Shown: positions 34,064-46,961, counted from the whole stretch's first letter. The stretch is DNA of 47,823 nt, filler included, from Trypethelium eluteriae (GCA_051942245.1; 2 parts of 2 records of this genome joined end to end with filler, not necessarily neighbours in it); one strand, 5' to 3'. A program made the numbers and translations. The notes: generated from the sequence alone by a model not told the origin.

Positions 34064-35215
34064 ATGGCACCAAGCAGCAACTTCGAGTCTCTCGTCTTCA
34101 AGTCTTCAAGGCCCAAACCAATGGGACAGCCGCCGCCAAGAAGAATACTCTCGTCGGCTGGAAAGCGGCTTTCGACCATCATGGAAAACGGCAATGCGCC
34201 TCAACAAGCGGCTCCTTCTCGAAACCCATTCCACATGAAGTTCCTGGCAGCAGAGAGCCCGCTGCGTAAGAGCATCGACAAGGGCAGCTCCGGCTCAGAG
34301 GCAACAAGCCCCTCCTCCGAAAAGGAAGCGCAAAAAGGCCTCGCAGAAAACAGACATATCGCTCGGAGAGGAGGCTGGAAGCGACTCGCCCTTCTCCTTC
34401 TCCTTCTCGTCCTTACCCTCCTCGCTTTAGGCCTAGGTCTCGGCCTTGGCCTAACGCGCAAAACGCACACCTCTTCCACCGCGACTCCTGCCTCCGACTC
34501 CTCCTCCCCTCCTGCCGGCAGCAGCAGCGCCGTCCCCAGCACAAACGGTGTGCCCCCTTCTTCCCCTTCCTTCCCACAAGGCATCTACTCTCTAGAAACC
34601 TACCTCACCACCGTGCAAACCAACTGCAGCGCCAACCCCGCCACCTGGACCTGCTTCCCCTACGCAACCTACTCCGCCAACGCCGCCTCTTCGCTGGCGA
34701 CCTTCAACTGGGCCATCGGCTCTTCCTCTCCCTCGAACCACAGCGTCTCGGCTCCGTCAAATCCGTTTGCGATATCCTTCTCCTCGGAGCCGCTGACCCT
34801 CCTCGACGCGGGGCAGGCGACGGAAAGGTACGCGCTGAACTTTACGCTGCCGAAGCAGGTCTCGCCATCATCGCCAATCACGAGTGATGGAGGTGCGACG
34901 ACGTGTTTTTATAATGGGACGGTACTGAGTGCGGAGTTGTACACGCGCATGAACGCGACGTATCCTGGTGCCGGGCAAGGACAGGGAGGAGCGGGTGGCG
35001 CGGGTGCGGGTTTCGGGGGAGGGGCAGGCGCGAGCTACACGCCGTGGCCGTTTGCAGTGCAGGTGCAGCAATTGGCGACTGGTGAGCAAGGAGTACCTGA
35101 CTGCTATCGGCTGGTAAATGGGGCGGTTGGGGAAAGGGTTTCGGTGGAATCTGAGGAGGTGGAGGAGGCAGATGAGTGCAGTTGCGTATATCAGAATTTT
35201 GATGCTTCTACTTAG
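34064..35215 (+). CDS. Conserved fungal single-pass membrane protein with Ser/Thr/Cys-containing C-terminal domain
   Basis: 383-aa ORF: IARRGGWKRL, then hydrophobic LALLLLLLVLTLLALGLGLGLGL, a Ser/Pro linker, FPQGIYS...NCSANPATWTCFPY, TCFYNGT, PWPFAV and CSCVYQN. Confidence 0.8.
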   Translation: MAPSSNFESLVFKSSRPKPMGQPPPRRILSSAGKRLSTIMENGNAPQQAAPSRNPFHMKFLAAESPLRKSIDKGSSGSEATSPSSEKEAQKGLAENRHIARRGGWKRLALLLLLLVLTLLALGLGLGLGLTRKTHTSSTATPASDSSSPPAGSSSAVPSTNGVPPSSPSFPQGIYSLETYLTTVQTNCSANPATWTCFPYATYSANAASSLATFNWAIGSSSPSNHSVSAPSNPFAISFSSEPLTLLDAGQATERYALNFTLPKQVSPSSPITSDGGATTCFYNGTVLSAELYTRMNATYPGAGQGQGGAGGAGAGFGGGAGASYTPWPFAVQVQQLATGEQGVPDCYRLVNGAVGERVSVESEEVEEADECSCVYQNFDAST

Positions 35216-35425
35216 CTGTGTTGTTGAGTAATATGGAGCTATGGCCAAAGCGTTTTGTTAAGAGATATGAATACGAGGTTTGCGATTATGTCATGGGATG
35301 GGGAGTCGTGCAGCGTCAGGCATTGGGAGGAGTCTGCGCTCGGGAATAGGGATTACAACGCTAATGTATGTATTATAGATATCATTATGATCTATTCAAG
35401 ACATTGATGGTCACCTTACCAACCG

Positions 35426-37451
35426 TTATATTCCCGTATTCGCCAGAGTACGAATATAGGTCGCATCACCTGTCAGTTCTGCCCTTGCAAATGCTGTCGT
35501 CAACAGACTCGCGTAGCTCCATGTCAAATCCGCCGCTCCTTGCGCAACTCCAGTGTTACGATTGAACTCTTCAGATAGATGACCTCCTGCTGGAGTGTGA
35601 TACTTGATACGGCGCACGAACGCATCGGCCCAACCCTCCAAGCTCGCGATCAGACTACCGTACGTAGCGGTTGAGCTGCTGTACGTCGACCCCGCGGTGG
35701 CATTCGCGTTTGGTGCAAAGTATGACCAGAAGGGTAGGGAGGTGTTGGTGACGGCAATGGAACCTGACGTGTTGTAGCTGGCGGCTGTGCGATACAAAAA
35801 CTCGGCCATGGCGGCGGTCGTAAGATACCAAGGATTACCGAGGGAGGTACCGGTACCATTGTACACATCTTCTGGGTAACGCCTAACATTCGAGTGAGCC
35901 TAAAAGTGCGTAATTACCGGGAAAGGATTTGACTACTTACCCAACTGGGATGCCAAGGACCTGACCGCTGCTATCGGTAGTAACATTAGCGATCGGAAAG
36001 ACGGAAAGAAAGCTCGTCGCAATTTGATACGAGCTTACGAGCACCTGGTCGTTCGTGTATGAATAGACATCGTCTCCGGCGTAACCATGCAAAATTGCAA
36101 GGACAACCGCGATGTCTTTGTACGAGACTTTGTTGTTCAATACAGGTCCATATTCATAGAGGATAAGCTGGCGACCTTTATTCCAAAACTCCGAAAGTGT
36201 ATCTGTAAGGGCAGAAGCAGCGCTGGACAAGGTACTACTGGTGTCACTATCATCCATGGACTGGGCGAATGACGCTCCCATCACCAGGGCACGGCGTTGG
36301 ACCAGACGATCATAGAAATGAGTCGATTCCTCCTCTTCCCAAAGATCGTAGGTCGGAGATGACCAATTATTGGCCACAAACAAAAGGTCCTTTAGTACCG
36401 GCGCTTGAGTTGGATAGGTATTGGAGTCGTAGATCAGCTGGCGGACGGTGGTCATGGAACCATTGTTTTTGAGATACGCGTTGGCAAATTCCATTAAAGT
36501 GATCGCTGAAGTGGCTGGTCCATCATTTTGTGGTCTACCCCAAGGACCGGTGAAAATAGAGTTATTGAGGAAGAACTTAGGCTCGCCCAGACCAGTCTGC
36601 AAATTTGGATCGTTTTGCTCCGTTGCCCGAGCTCCAGCATACGCAAATAGAACCTGCGCATACGCAGCTTTGGCACCTGCAGACGTGGCAGCATTGTAAA
36701 GCTGGTATACAACATCCATGGTGAGAGAAGAGTCGCGTACCCAGTTATAGGCATAATCCGGGTTGACAGTCGATTGTGCGGCAATCACGGTTCCATTTGC
36801 TGACCCAGGGGTATTGACATTAGCAAACATCAGGTTCTTGGCATTGACCGCTTCGGATGCATTATCACTAGACAGCGCCAACCAGCTGGTGATGTCCTGA
36901 GCGAGCCCCGAAGGACTTGCATATGGTTTTGGCGCTGGAAGATCTGAAGGAGCCAGTGCGCCACTGGCAGCTACAGGAAGGCCGAGCTGTTCAGAGTAGG
37001 TTTGCCCGATGTCCGTTGCAGCGTATGTCAGGTTCAGGAGCTGGGTAACACCATCGAAGTAGGCTTCAGTGTCATTTGATCCCCATATTTCCCATCCGGT
37101 CGCTCCAGGAGCATCTGAAATATATCCAAGAGACGCAGTGTTTAGAGATGTCGACACGTTTGTGCCGTTGGTATAATACAAAGTTACGGCTTTGTCATAG
37201 TCGAGGTTCTTCCATAAAAATCAGCATTCTAGATTTGCAAAGATGTGGTTCCTTAACGAGCAAGATCACATTCGTACCGCAATATAAGCCGTGACGTTAA
37301 GACTCCCTCCACAGTAAGAATAAGCTTGCAAAGCAAGTTGCGTTTCATTGCCTGGTACCGATGTTGCCACATTCGTGGTCTGGCAGTCATTTTGAGCAAA
37401 GCTAAACCCGGAAAAGAGCAGCACAGCCGCAGATATCGAAGTTAACATCAT
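35426..37451 (-). CDS. Secreted glucoamylase GH15 with N-terminal CBM21-like starch-binding domain; exons 37451-37278, 37208-35941, 35882-35426
   Basis: Signal peptide; LQAYSYCGGSLNVTAYIANLDYDKAVTLYY resembles the Rhizopus CBM21. GH15 motifs YNWVRDSSL, LGEPKF, WGRPQNDGPA, DLWEE, GRYPEDVY, LSEEFNR and DLTWSYAS. Joined frame is 632 aa. Confidence 0.93.
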
Positions 37452-38552
37452 CTTCTCAAGGGTTGACTTTCAGGGAATGGACAAATATTGCAACTAGAAA
37501 AGGAAATGCATGCAGCCAGGATTGTTTTGAACAACGGAGAGAGATAGAGCAACGATGGAGCCTGGGAACTTCGACGATCTTAAATGAGGCCATTATAGAA
37601 ATAAGTACCTAGCCTGCCTACCTGACTTGTCTACCGTGCGGAAGTGTTTTCGGAGCATCTCCTCAAAGGTTTGTTGCTGCATGCAGTACCCCACGAAAAC
37701 ATCCCCACAGCGGAGAAGCGGTGCTGCCAATCACGTCTTGTTTTCCCCTGCCCAGACGGGTCAGGTGCTTTTTAGCCGCTGATGGACATGCACGAGGAAA
37801 GTTCCCACCTAAAAATCTCGCAGTCACACGCAACTTTGCATTTGCATTTGACTTAGGTAAGGTACGATATTACATGTGCATGGACGCGATGGTATATGTA
37901 AATGATGATGATGCTAAGATTACGGTCGAGTATGCGTATAGTATGGTACAAATATATACACAAAAAGTCGCTGTCGAAACACATTTTTTAAAACAGGCCA
38001 AGTCAGATCAACGCAAAGAGATCCAACCTGCCTTATGAATGCACGCACGCACGCTCCAAGTAACGCTGAATCAAATGCTAGGGTATCTCACTACGCAACT
38101 TCCTGGCCCAGAAAGTACTCATCCAACCTGGCAAGTCGTGCAACTGTCGCGCCAGTGCGCGGTAGGAGTTACAGGGGCACGAAGACACTGTCCATCGGCT
38201 GGTGGGATAAGAGCTGATAGGTTGATCATCTCGGCTGCCGGAACTTGCAAAAAGATCTGATGCATCCAGCCCATCTCCAACGATACCCGCCCATGAACAA
38301 AGGAGCCAAAAGAGATTCGATGGAAATGGCAATGGAGACCATTTTCGATATTCTTGACTCGAAATTGAATGATGGATGGCTCGCGTCTCAGCGAACGTCG
38401 ATCAGCTCTTCTATCCCACGTCTGTTGGCGAAACTCCAGGCCAAGCCAGTCACTCGTCACACGGCTCGCTTTAGCTTTACTCCTCTACTCTTTGCAGAAC
38501 GCCACCGCGGGTTACTCCTCCAAATCTATCTGGCTCCATCGGCAGCATAATC

Positions 38553-39488
38553 TCAGGCTTCCAATTCAGCCGGCGGTCCGCTCTGCCTTACGCTCTTCCC
38601 ACGGCTAGGCTGTGATCCCGGCAACTCCGGATTCGTCGTATCTCCCTGCAACTCTCTAGGAGGTATCACTTGGCTGTCCAACTCGCGCGGCGTCAGCTGC
38701 TTGTCGTCGAGTTCTGGCGGCATATCAGGGCGAGCTCCTCCTATTTGTCGTTGTCTTCTTCGCCTGCGGTAAAGGAAAAATCCCAGGAGGGCAGCAATGA
38801 TGGCGACACCAACGCCAACACCGACGCCGACTCCAACTCCAACGTGATCATTGGATGGACTTGGGGTGGGCGTGCTTGTTGACGGCTTTTTTGTCGGCGT
38901 TGCGGTGGTTGAGGTGCTCCCAGCTCCAGCAGCCGGAGTTGGTGTGGTTGTTCTGGTTGATGTGGTGAATAAATGAGCATCTGATGTCGCAACCTCTACG
39001 GTAATAGGAACAGCCCATTTGGTTATAGGTCCAGAGACGACAGTTGTATTAAGTATGTCATCGTCACCCCGATTCAGGACAGTTGTAGTGGAATGCGCAG
39101 GGAGGTTGCTCAAACAGCCAGCGAAGACGACAGTCGTCGCGCCTCCTCCGGTTGTAAGTGTTGTAGAGTATGTATAACCACTGCGCCTGTCAGCGATGAA
39201 TCTCACACATGCGGAGCAAAAAACATACGAAAGGCAGCATGTCGCCGTAGTGACATCTCCATTCTGATCGGCTGCAGTCGTGTATCCATCTGGACACCAA
39301 CCCGGAGAATAGATTTGTGTAGCTTGAGCTCTTCCAAAGTTTCCCCAGTCTGATGGGAAACAATCTGATTGAAACTCGACAATAGCGTTTTGTATGAGCA
39401 ATCCATTACTAACGCTGTTATAGCCAGAATTCTCGTACGTCCACCATGAGGATGAACAGGAGGCGGGCGGAGTAAAGACTGAGCTCAT
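38553..39488 (-). CDS. Ser/Thr/Cys-rich single-pass membrane protein (Mid2/Wsc-like topology); probable in-frame intron 39228-39181
   Basis: FTPPASC, CFP, YSPGWCPDGYT, ATCC; Thr-rich stalk; TM VGVGVGVGVGVAIIAALLGFFLY followed by RRRRRQR; tail with repeated (P/R/A)EL(D/Q/P/E) motifs. Confidence 0.8.
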   Translation of the reverse strand: MSSVFTPPASCSSSWWTYENSGYNSVSNGLLIQNAIVEFQSDCFPSDWGNFGRAQATQIYSPGWCPDGYTTAADQNGDVTTATCCLSYVFCSACVRFIADRRSGYTYSTTLTTGGGATTVVFAGCLSNLPAHSTTTVLNRGDDDILNTTVVSGPITKWAVPITVEVATSDAHLFTTSTRTTTPTPAAGAGSTSTTATPTKKPSTSTPTPSPSNDHVGVGVGVGVGVGVAIIAALLGFFLYRRRRRQRQIGGARPDMPPELDDKQLTPRELDSQVIPPRELQGDTTNPELPGSQPSRGKSVRQSGPPAELEA

Positions 39489-40746
39489 CGCTAAGGTCGT
39501 TATTGAAGCGGGAGTGAAGTCTATGGGCGACTGTTAGCTGTCTTGGACGGTATTTCAACAATAGGGTCCCCTCTTACCTGCCATGATGCGCGCAAGGCCT
39601 TAGAGCCGTCAATCGCTCGAGCTCCAGGCGCAATAAGAGTGCTGGGGTGTGAATGAAGTCTTATCTCAGTAATAGCAATATTAATCACTTGCGGTTTGAA
39701 GTGGGAGACGAGACCAGAGAAGGGATACCAGCGGATTTTCCACACGGACGTAGTCACAGCCCAGGCGACCGCTATGCACATCGTATTACTAGTTGATAAC
39801 ACTATTCTGAAATCCACTAAGTCGACGGTTCATATTTAGTATATCACGCGGGAAATACGAGCTTGATCCAATTGGATTCAAGCAAGCTACAAGGATACGC
39901 ATTGTGGAACCAAGAAAAGCGAATAATAGGGCGGAGCCATACAAGACGATCTTGGAGAAAGCGAAAATACATTACCTACGCGAGAACCATGCATCTGAAG
40001 GTTTCTGGAACATTTCATAGGCACCTCAGCCATAAGCTGGAGCTTCAGCTCTGTGGCATAAGATTCTCCTACGGCCATGTCCAACTCGTCAATGCTTCTG
40101 TTGGCTAAGATTGAATCACAAGTGCAGGGAAAGCCAGGAAAAGCATCCGTAATTATTATGCTGCGGAGGAAAGACATTCCGCTTCTTACTAAGGGAACAA
40201 ACTAATTATAAAAAGAGCTAGCTTACCAGTGTTCAAAACTATCCCCTGACTTCAGCCGCACTCGTTTCGGCGGGGATCTTCGCTCTCCGACTGTTATTAC
40301 TAAGTGCATGGCTTACAGAATTCCAGTTTCATCTTCGAATTCACGCAACGGCCTAAGGGCTACTGCCAGTGACCATGCAAGGCTGGGAAATAGCACATGC
40401 TCATTCCTCCACTTAAGAAATTACAACGTCACCATGTCCCCCAAGTTTCTATTCTAATTGATTCGTCCATTCGATAGAAGTATCAAGCGACAGCTCCCTC
40501 CACTTTTCTAATAGCTCATTGTATTTCTCTTGACAAGCTGACCTTATCTTGTCAGTACACCTTTCAAAAGCGTGCGAATTATTGACTGAGATAACGCAGT
40601 CGATGTCTTATAAAGAAGTGACTTGGCATGGAACGTCCGGTCTAGCCACCGAGAAGCCACAACATCAACTGTGTAGTCTTCGGAATAAAAGACCACAAGG
40701 TCTAAAATAATGATATGGAAACTACAGACATATCTGTTGACATCCA

Positions 40747-41694
40747 TTAACCAACTTGTATTCCTAAACAGTCAGCAAGACTGGCAAGCCCATCCTCATC
40801 CTCTTTGATCCACATATCCGGAATATTTTGCTCCCGTAATTCTGGGTTTTTCTCCTCTAACGGTCTGTCCACATATATTGCATAGAATCCGCACGCCTTC
40901 GCACCTTTCAAATCACTTAGATGTGCGGCTACAAGCCCACACTCCTCCGGTTTCACGCCCATCTTCTCTGCCGCTCCGAGATATACCTTGGGGTTCGGCT
41001 TGAAGGATTGGAACATGTCGGCGGAGTAAATATGCGTAAAGGGGATGCTGCTATGCGCTACTAGGTGTTCTAGTAAGTCGTTGTAGGTGTTGCTAAGGGC
41101 TACAGTAGAAAATTGCCTGTTAAGCAAGTCCAAGCCACGACAGGTGTCGGGCCAGGGGATTAGACGGTGCCAGACGAGGCCCAGATGTTTGAGTTGCGAC
41201 TCATCCCAGAGCGACCCCTCTCCTACTTGGAGCTCTGAGGTGCTAGCGTCTTGGCGTAGAATGATCAGACCGCGCTGTGCGAGGAGTTTAGGCAGTAATT
41301 CAAGGCGATGCTTGTCGACTGCTCTCCAGTCTACGGTGCTGTGTTTTGCAATACTATCGCGAACGAATTTTTCCCCCTCTTTGTTCCATCCCTGCTCTTG
41401 TTAGCACTTAGATTTGCGATCATGTTGTTCGAATGACCACTGACCCCTCCAAAATCGAGCCACTGCTCGTATGACTGCAAAAGATATTAATTTACATTTT
41501 AAGGGAGTGCTCAACTGGCCGGGGCATACCATCTTCGTCGCTTTGGTTCGGACTTCACTACTAATCGACGACACGTCCGACTCCAGCGCCTCTCGAGCCG
41601 CTCTCCATAGCTCGTCCGCTACTGGCGTTCTCTGGGCTACACAGGTCCCGAAAACGTCGAAGAAGAGGACACGGAGTTTTGGTGTGGTTGTCAT
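40747..41694 (-). CDS. HAD-superfamily hydrolase, haloacid dehalogenase type II-like; exons 41694-41530, 41474-41445, 41391-40747
   Basis: Motif I LFFDVFGTCV, WHRLIPWPDT, ALSN, SFKPNPKVY and LVAAHLSDLKGAKACG; two canonical introns give 279 aa. Confidence 0.9.
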
Positions 41695-42427
41695 ACTTAT
41701 TTTTCTTATCAAGTTCTGATTGGAATCGGAATACAAGTTTCCCCCTCTAGAGTAGCTACACGAGCCCACCCCACCACCCACGCACCCTTTTTCTACCAAA
41801 GACCCTTAATTCTAAACCCAACTATCTTAAGAATTAAATAGGAGATAAAAAATATAGATCATATATCTAAAAATAGAAGAAATTAAAAATTCATTTTATT
41901 AAAAATATTAGTTCCTTTTATTGGGTTGGGTTCAGGTGGGGTGCAAACGTTTCAAAGGCAAGTGTCAACATATGACGACATAAGGCTTCGGCGCAACTGC
42001 TGACCCGAGCAATTTTACCAGATGGTCAAACAATCTCCCGTCCGTACCTTACTTAATCCTCTGGCTTTTCTTTTCAATGCTACTGGATTGCACTACCATG
42101 CAGTTGGAAACCGCCTACCTAACACAACATGCCTGCCGAGAGAGAGCCTCACGGTGGATGCACCGTGCTGTTGCCGATCTGGAGGCTGAGCTGCAGGCGT
42201 CAAGGCAACGACTGATCTTCTTTGCATGATCACAATCAATTAAACAGCAGCATGAGGCTGTGCGTACCGAATCCCATGATGGGATCTATCATGGTCTTGT
42301 CCCTCTCTCCTCTTTGCTGCAACTCTTTCAACCGCTATCCGCCAAGACCTCAACAGTGAATGTGATATATCCTTATCCTCTCTCATTGACAATTTATCAT
42401 TGAACTTCTCCGTTGTCCACCAGAAGC

Positions 42428-44433
42428 ATGCCTCTATGTGAAAGATGTCGTTCGTTTACCGTGTTCAACCACTCCTTTTCTTTCGCTCATCATCCAAATG
42501 CTGCATCGCTGAAATTAAGTGCCGAGTCTTGTGAGAGTTGCAAATTTCTACGAAATCGTCTCAACTCAAAAGATCACACGAGGCTCTTTCTAGACTTTTG
42601 TGCGGAAGGTCCGAATGAGGCACAAGATTCGAGCATTCGACTTTTTCGAGAATTCGACACAGACGAGTTCGACTCGAACAGGATCTATGCTCGGATCGGG
42701 CCGGATGCAAAGTACGAAGTTGGCGTCGATATTGCTGCCAGAGAAGGTAAATATCAATTCAACAAAGCTTAAAGACCATGAAATGACAGCAACCAGGAGA
42801 TACTTCATCGGTCGTCGTGTATACTCGGGAACGGCTGCCAGATCTAGACTGTCCTGAGCTTTACAATCTGATGTCCGCTTGGTTGAATTGCTGCCAGAGC
42901 GAGCATATCGTATGCCAGCAGGAAGCTTTATTGAACCCCATAAAACCTCCAGCGCGATTGGTAGACGTCGGCTCGTTTGACGGTTCTAGAGAGCCATTCC
43001 TCGTAGAGCTGGAAGGAAAGGGCATCAAATATCTCACTCTTAGCTACTGTTGGGGCACTTCGAAGCAACTTGTGACAACGATGGCAAATATTGAGGATTA
43101 CCGCAAATCCATCCCTTTCTCTGGTTTATCCAAGACCATTCAGGAGGCTATTAGCATTACCCGAAAGCTGGGTTTCCAATATCTTTGGGTGGATGCTCTT
43201 TGCATTATCCAAGACTCTCCCAACATGGATGACTGGGCAGAGCAGTCGACCAGAATGGCTGAGATCTATGGCAATTCCTATGCTACTATTCTCGCTGCCA
43301 TCCATCCCGATTCTTCCGTTGGCGTCTTTCCGGGTCGCGTACCCCTAGAATCAATCACCGTTCCCTTTCGCCCCTCGGTTTCGGACGCGAAACCTTGGGG
43401 CTCCGTACAGCTAGTTGAGAGGCCCTCGGACTGGAACGCTCTTAGTGGGCGCGCCTGGGCTTTTCAGGAAAAAGAGTTCGCCTTCCGCACCTTCGAATTT
43501 CGCTCGGAGGGCGTATCCTTTCGTTGCCGATACGGCATCAGTAGGGAATGGGAACGCCCAACTCCAACCGAATCTCATTCTCTTCTATTCCATTCGCACA
43601 AGGACACGACTAGCTTGGTCCCGTCGCTCGGAAGTCCCAAAGATTTCCCCGGGGTGTTCATTAAATGGTATGGGGACCTCCCTGCTTATACGTCCCTCGG
43701 TCTCAGCTATGAAGAAGATAGATTACCTGCAATATCTGGTCTGGTGAAGGAATATCAGAGCTTTATCGGTGGAAGATATCTAGCAGGACTGTGGGAGAGA
43801 GACTTCATCTACGGCCTCCAATGGCGCGTCAGAAGATCCGAAGATCGTCCATTGAGAGGTAACAGAAGATATGAGCGTGCGCCAAGCTGGAGTTGGGTCT
43901 CTGTACAATGGCAGTGCTATTATTGCTGGCCATTTCTGAAACGCGAAAATTCAGTGAACGAGAATGCGGAAGAAATTTCAAGATTCCTCGAGATCACTAT
44001 TGAGCCAGCTACGAAGGATCCGAATGGGAGAGTAAAAGGCGGTAAACTTGTCATAGAGGCTCCATTGAGGCGCGCGAGGTGGTTCAAAAAACACGGCTGG
44101 CGAATTCCAATGAACAAGAACGATGAACATAACGAGTGGGACGGAACGGCGCTGTTTGCTGCAGAAGAAGACGGAGACGACCACAACGCGCGTGCGGAAT
44201 CGAGCAAACCGGATCATTATAGCAGCGCGATCGCAATCTGCCTCTTCGACGATGACGACGAACGTCCCGAGCTCGTTGAATGCTTATTATTGACGAAGAG
44301 ACAAGGAGTTTTGCTGGCCTTACTTGACAAGACGGCCAACACGTACCGCCGGATCGGATTCTTCCGCATTAACGGTAAGGAATCTGGGTTGCAAAAATGG
44401 CTAGGAAGAACGGAGACCGTTACAATAGTATAG
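42428..44433 (+). CDS. HET-domain protein (TOL-like type); exons 42428-42746 and 42797-44433
   Basis: LCERC...SAESCESCKFL, PARLVDVG, YLTLSYCWG, KTIQEAISITRKLGFQYLWVDALCIIQD, MAEIYGNS, RAWAFQE, DRLPAISGL, YLAGLW and APSWSW; intron 42747-42796. Confidence 0.92.
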
Positions 44434-44716
44434 CTGGGAATTCCGGCTAAAGGAACTTTTTCGCTTTGGTGACTCACACTACAATCCAAACTACATGGCA
44501 AATAATACCAAAACTCTTACAGGAGAAAGCACTCTACTCAGCAAATATGCTAAGACAAACGGGCTCCAGGTTTCAATCCTATGTACATGTAGCTTAACTA
44601 ATCAGAGGAGCCTTGACAATCGTCTGACAGCAAGCATACCGAGCGTAGGCGTGAACATATTTACATTGAAGGGCATGAAAATTTCCATAGAATGGGAACG
44701 GAAACCAAGTACTGCT

Positions 44717-46027
44717 CTATAGGCATTGAGAGTAGTATGAATTCGCAGCCTTACAGGTGTAGGGAGCGACACAGGTAGTGGGACCTGTCCAGCCAATACC
44801 ACCGCACTGGCCGTATTGCGCCGCAGAACCCGAGCTGGTACCGGTGCCAGTGCCAGTGCCAGTGCCGGTACCGGTGCCAGTACCCGTACCAGTTCCAGTG
44901 CCGCTGCCGCTGCCTGTGGATCCAGTAGAAGTAGATCCTAAAGCATTGAGTATAGCGGTGTATGCAGGCTTCGGGTTGAAATTCGCGTCGAAGAGAAGCG
45001 GGTTGGTGCTTGCACGCCAGCTGTCAGAGTCCCGGACGCCCCAGACGGTAATGCCGACGCAGTTGCTGATCGCCAAGCAGGCATTCGTCACGGCAACATA
45101 ATCGGCCGCTGGTGCGCTGGCAATATCGAGTTCTGTAATGGCGCACTCATCGACAGCAGCGCAAAGCGTCTTGAGGGCAGCAGCGGTACCGGAAGAGCCT
45201 CCAGCCGATAAATGTGATTGAGATCCAATTCCATCGATAGGGATGCCGGCAGCGCGCCATTGCTTGACCTTGGCAACAAGACCTGTGAGTTTGGCATAGT
45301 TCGGCGAGTCAAGGCTGTACGAAAAGTCAGTAACACGATGTGTAGATAGGTATCGAGATTGATACGTACTTGTAATCATTAATATACAGCTTCGCATTCG
45401 GGTCGGCAGCACGGGCAGCTTCGAAAGCGATACGTACAAAGTCTTCGCCAAGAACGTTGGAAAAGACATCAGATCGAAGGGTTCCATCTTCATTGAAGAT
45501 TTCGTTCACAACGTCCTATCATCACGATAAGTACAGTAGTAGGAAACTACGATTGTTCAAAGACTTGTATTACGTACCCACGAGTAGATCTTTCCTTTGT
45601 ATCGGCCAATCTCTGTTGTCACATGGTTCTGAAGGACTGTTGTCAAAGTAGCCTTGTCTGTAATCGAACTGACCCACGACGGCAACTGTTGATACCAAAG
45701 CGTGTTGTGTCCTCGAACGACTTTGTTATTTGTCTGTGCCCAGTTGACGAGGTAGTCAGCCTGAGCAAAATTGAAGTTACCCCTGCTGGGTTCAATCGTG
45801 TCCCATTTCATGCTGTTCTCCGGTGTAACCTGGCCAAAGTCGGCTTGTATGACTGCTGCACTGCCACCCGAGCTGAGCTCTCCTTGGTCTGTACATGTTC
45901 CGAAATACTTCTTTCCCTTTGCCTTGAACGCGGCATCAATGCTGGCGGCCGTTGCGTCGATGGACGTTGGCGCAGCCTGAGCAAGCAGCGCAGAGCTGAG
46001 CGTGAAAAGCGCAGTTGTGTAACGCAT
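44717..46027 (-). CDS. Secreted GH10 endo-1,4-beta-xylanase with Gly/Thr linker and C-terminal CBM1; exons 46027-45578, 45515-45370, 45314-44717
   Basis: Signal peptide, [61 protein letters not shown] and CBM1 [15 protein letters not shown]...YYSQCL; 397 aa. Confidence 0.96.
44838..44912 (-). repeat. Hexanucleotide GG(C/T/A)AC(T/C/G) tandem repeat encoding the (GT)n linker of the xylanase
   Basis: Plus strand shows repeated ccagtg/ccggta units; translation [24 protein letters not shown]. Confidence 0.85.
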
Positions 46028-46494
46028 GATGATAACGATAGACGATGAAGTATACGAAAATGTTTTGCGGGAATTGGTCTATCAGATTTTAGAGTTTAGG
46101 AGGAGATAGAAGGTCTTTAAATGGATAACACATTCTTGCTTATTTGCCAGTGCAACAGTCAACTTCTGGGCATTACCACGGTGCATAATATCCATATTGT
46201 TCCCGGTTCTCCATTTGGACGCATTGCCACCATCCTACAATCCCTCTGCTCATTCCCAAGATTTTGGAAAGCGACAGCGAACCGTGATTGAGGGAAAATA
46301 GCATAGTAAAGCGGTTGCACGTCTAGTTGGCTTGGCACGAAGAGTTCAGTAAAATCAAGGGTCTGCCAAGCCAAAATCGCAGGGCTGGTTTAATATATGA
46401 GAGCTCGTTCCTGGTGAAGGATCAGCGGACTCGAACACACTAGAAATGAAACGTTGTCAGGCGATCCAATATAGAACTTCTAGGGCCTTCACAC

Positions 46495-46961
46495 TCAGCC
46501 TAAATGCAAGGCTTACTGGGGAGAACTCTCTCGGAGATCCGGACGACCGAAAAGACATAGGCTAGATGCATAGGAAGAGCTCTACAATCAACGTAGACTT
46601 TTTCACGCTGTAATTGATTTCTCAATTTCGCAATGGCTCATGCAACTTTCAGGCGTGGTGTTCGGAAAAGCTTCGCACGAATCTCAGAGTCGCGCGAAAG
46701 AGGCGCTAATTAGCCAGATTACCACTTCTGGCCTAGTGTACGGCAGTTCGCTTAAGTGGTGTAAATTGGTCCAAGCTTATCCTCCGAGTACCACATATAA
46801 CACTATTCGTATAAGATGGATTATGTCAGAACCCTTGACCTGTATAAGGTACCTATATACGTGCAGAACTCCATATGAAGCTGCATATAAGGCCGCTAGC
46901 AGGCCATATATGTTCTCGATGGAGCCCCGCAGAGGCCGAGAAGGTTCGCCATAATTTAGCC
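46495..46961. promoter_or_regulatory. Candidate XlnR (GGCTRR) and CreA (SYGGRG) sites upstream of the xylanase
   Basis: GGCTGA (-, 46495-46500), GGCTAG (+, 46560-46565), GGCTAA (-, 46710-46715 and 46956-46961); CTGGGG (+, 46516-46521) and GCGGGG (-, 46925-46930). These are short motifs that also occur by chance. Confidence 0.35.

Noticed and set aside
37639..37721. AmyR site upstream of the glucoamylase
   Set aside because: The CGG pairs I checked are spaced by 9 and 5 nt, not the CGG-N8-(C/A)GG consensus.
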